Source: a virus. Taken from it: a stretch of DNA of 64,000 nucleotides. The first letter of the stretch is position 1. Each line of letters starts with the position of its first letter. Shown here piece by piece: positions 61,746 through 64,000 of this stretch. The notes under the pieces are model-generated. The model was not told the DNA's origin. It made no database searches and worked only from the letters and a program-made list of their open reading frames with translations. A program made the translations under genes and the position numbers. The DNA is taken from positions 1 through 64,000 of IMG/VR virus record IMGVR_UViG_3300016484_000310; one strand, given 5' to 3'.

Positions 61746-62144
61746 TCAGACTGCGTTAGTAGCCTCTGCTTCGTCCATTTCCTTGCGAGCCTGATCAAGC
61801 ATCGCAAGTTCATCACGAGCAATGTTGCCCTTCTGAATGAACGTAGACAGGAACGTCCGAAGATGTGCGATACCACGAAGGTCTTGCACACATGCTTGGA
61901 ACTGGTTCTCATTCAGACGACCAGAAGCCATGAGACCACCCAGACGGGCAGGTTCACGGGTGAAGTAGTCTTCCATGATGAGAGTTTGGAAATCAGAGTT
62001 CTTGGCGAGACGCTCAGCCATTTCTGATTGCTTCAGGACGTGTTCGACAGAAGCACGATACGCCTGATATTCCTCGAAAGTCATGGCACGTTCATCAGTG
62101 CCTTCGCCAACTTCCGGGGTATTTCCGTGTCCGTAGAGATTCAT
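61746..62144 (-). CDS. hypothetical head-module protein (132 aa)
   Basis: SD GAAGGAG 6 nt before ATG 62144. The track ORF starts at TTG 62150. Confidence 0.5.
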   Translation of the reverse strand: MNLYGHGNTPEVGEGTDERAMTFEEYQAYRASVEHVLKQSEMAERLAKNSDFQTLIMEDYFTREPARLGGLMASGRLNENQFQACVQDLRGIAHLRTFLSTFIQKGNIARDELAMLDQARKEMDEAEATNAV

Positions 62145-62196
62145 TGCCAACTCCTTCGTTGGTTGAATGGTTGCAGTAAGTTGTGCTTACCCGAAC

Positions 62197-64000
62197 TTAG
62201 TTCGGAGAAGCAAGTCTTTGTGTTGGATCAACTTGTGGTATTTGGAGACTCTGAAGAGGAGCCAAAGGTTGTTGACCCATGGGAGGAACGTAAGGCTGAG
62301 CCACGATAGGAGGTGACTTCGACTTCATCTCATCTTTCTTTTCGATGAGAGAATTGTAGCCCACAGCAGCCTGAATGTTCTGAGCAGGAGTCTCACCATT
62401 GAGCAGACCCAGAGTAACATCTCTGGCTCTGTTGCCCTTGGCTTGAGCACCCATCAGCTCAATTTCACGCTGATGACCCACACCAGTTGCATCCTGCTCA
62501 GTTTGCAGAGCTGTGTTCTCAGCATCAGCTTGAGCAGTGAGAGCTTTGGCTTTGTTCAGTTCAATCTGAGACTTGAGCAGCTCAATCTGAAGCTTGGCCA
62601 TTTCTTGTTGGATTGGATCAGGCTGAGGCTGATACTCACGAACACGTTTTGCCAGATCAGGCATACGCTTCAGTTCCATGATGTCAGCCATGATGATGGC
62701 ACGAAGACCCGGATCCATTTCAGGACCAATGGTCTGCATCAGCATACCCAGATCTTGAGACTTCAGCTCATCCACTTGAGCAGAAGCAATGTCACAGATC
62801 AGGTCGAAGTTGCCTTCCAGCTCATCACGGTAGACTTCAACGAACTTTTCATTCGTGACTCGGACAATCTCTTTCTTCTCAAGGAACTTAGCGTTCATTG
62901 AGATCATCTTGTTGCCGATTTGACGCATACCTTCAGCCAGACGGCGAAGAATGCTCATGTCACGCTGACCAGTAGCATCCAGAGCAGCACCAGTATTCCG
63001 AGCAACCTTTCCAAAGGCATCCCCAGTAATACCAGCAGAAAAAGCTTTCACCCCACTCAGGGATTCAGCTTCTGTGTTCTGATTGTTGGCGATGATCAGA
63101 GCAGACTGAGGAATCTCAGGATAAACCATCTGCCGAATAGCAGTGTTTGGGTCCGAGTTCGGGTTGAACTCAAAGTCTTCACCTTTGATCAGACGCTGAC
63201 GGTTCACAGGGTCAAGGAACCCTTTGGCGTAACCAGTCTGAGCATTTGAAGACCGACCCAGAAGGTCAATCATCCCACGAGTCACAGCACCCAGAATACG
63301 TTGATTGTCTTGCAGGATCGAAGCATCAGCTTCTCCGAAAGACGAACCATCAATGGGCATGTAAGGGATCAGAACGAAAGGAGGCTTCCGATCCGGGAAT
63401 GGGTTTTCCTGCATCTGGATGATTGTGTCACCAATGAAGGTCACAACAATCGGAACCATCTCACCAGTATCCCAGATGTCGCAAAGACCCCAGTATTCAT
63501 AGACGAGGATCTTTGCCTTCTTGGAATTGAAACGGGTGTCTGTCTGAGGAGTGTTGGACTTGTGGTCCAGATTTCCAAGCTTGGATTTGACTTGGTTTGC
63601 ACCCCAGTTCACCTTGTCGAGATTCTTGTAGATCCGACGCTTTCTCAGCTCAGATTCAGTCGTCTCATAGGTGTGGATCATGTATTGGGCATCAGTCCAA
63701 TCACCGTCAGGTGTTGGTTCGATGAAGAAGTTTTCCACATTGATGACTTTGACGCTTGGAGCATTCCAAACGATCTTGTCTTCGTAGACCTCTTCCATGC
63801 CCACTTCTTTGGCATAGACTGCCACATGGTTCTGGATTCCATACTCAACTGAAGCCTTCAGGCTGTCAGGAATATCCATGTTCATCTCGAACAGATCAGG
63901 ATCGTCCATGTATTGTTGAGTTGCTTCAGCAAGCACCTGAAGCATCTGCTCATCTTCCAGAGGGTAATACTCATACTTCATTCGCTGGACTTTGACCTTC
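62197..64000 (-). CDS. portal protein (N4 gp59 position), 5' end outside the window
   Basis: The reading frame stays open from 63981 to the window edge (..KVKVQRMKYEYY..). More than 600 aa. It is the first gene of the head module. Confidence 0.55.
   Translation of the reverse strand, partial: KVKVQRMKYEYYPLEDEQMLQVLAEATQQYMDDPDLFEMNMDIPDSLKASVEYGIQNHVAVYAKEVGMEEVYEDKIVWNAPSVKVINVENFFIEPTPDGDWTDAQYMIHTYETTESELRKRRIYKNLDKVNWGANQVKSKLGNLDHKSNTPQTDTRFNSKKAKILVYEYWGLCDIWDTGEMVPIVVTFIGDTIIQMQENPFPDRKPPFVLIPYMPIDGSSFGEADASILQDNQRILGAVTRGMIDLLGRSSNAQTGYAKGFLDPVNRQRLIKGEDFEFNPNSDPNTAIRQMVYPEIPQSALIIANNQNTEAESLSGVKAFSAGITGDAFGKVARNTGAALDATGQRDMSILRRLAEGMRQIGNKMISMNAKFLEKKEIVRVTNEKFVEVYRDELEGNFDLICDIASAQVDELKSQDLGMLMQTIGPEMDPGLRAIIMADIMELKRMPDLAKRVREYQPQPDPIQQEMAKLQIELLKSQIELNKAKALTAQADAENTALQTEQDATGVGHQREIELMGAQAKGNRARDVTLGLLNGETPAQNIQAAVGYNSLIEKKDEMKSKSPPIVAQPYVPPMGQQPLAPLQSLQIPQVDPTQRLASPN

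Overview
The window is a contiguous piece of an N4-like (Schitoviridae-type) podophage genome. By inference from the moderate GC content and gene content, the host is probably a marine alphaproteobacterium (roseobacter type).

Layout:
- 1-241: tRNA cluster (Thr partial, an aberrant Asn-like gene, Arg).
- 250-3570 (+): early region of small ORFs, hairpins and a repeated promoter-like motif.
- 4075-9192: the N4-type two-subunit T7-like RNA polymerase II genes. The second gene is cut inside motif B by a group I intron that carries an HNH ORF.
- 10051-40705 (+): middle/replication module. It holds MoxR AAA+ plus a VWA/HExxH protein, dCTP deaminase, a dNMP-kinase-like::ThyX fusion, rIIA/rIIB-like genes, class II RNR, an SF1 helicase, a family-A DNA polymerase in two pieces, a nuclease, a primase-like gene, an ATPase, SSB and a RusA-like gene.
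- 15335-20392: an accessory island embedded in that module. It holds a collagen-like fibre gene, a putative receptor-binding gene overwritten by about 1.55 kb of high-GC DNA with the 3' stump of the old allele left behind, an HTH-metallophosphoesterase unit and a lipoprotein operon.
- 40751-64000 (-): convergent late module. It holds the 3597-aa virion RNA polymerase, a SleB-domain protein, structural proteins, the major capsid protein, a scaffold-like protein and the portal (runs off the window).

Five HNH homing-endonuclease ORFs are present. No CRISPR array, integrase or rRNA was seen.

Most notable observations:
1. The DNA polymerase gene is interrupted by a cassette carrying a DUF2829/Tad2-like ORF.
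2. A group I intron sits in RNAP2.
3. The fibre locus shows a high-GC allele replacement with a leftover pseudogene.

All function calls come from motif reading by eye and from synteny with phage N4. No searches were run.
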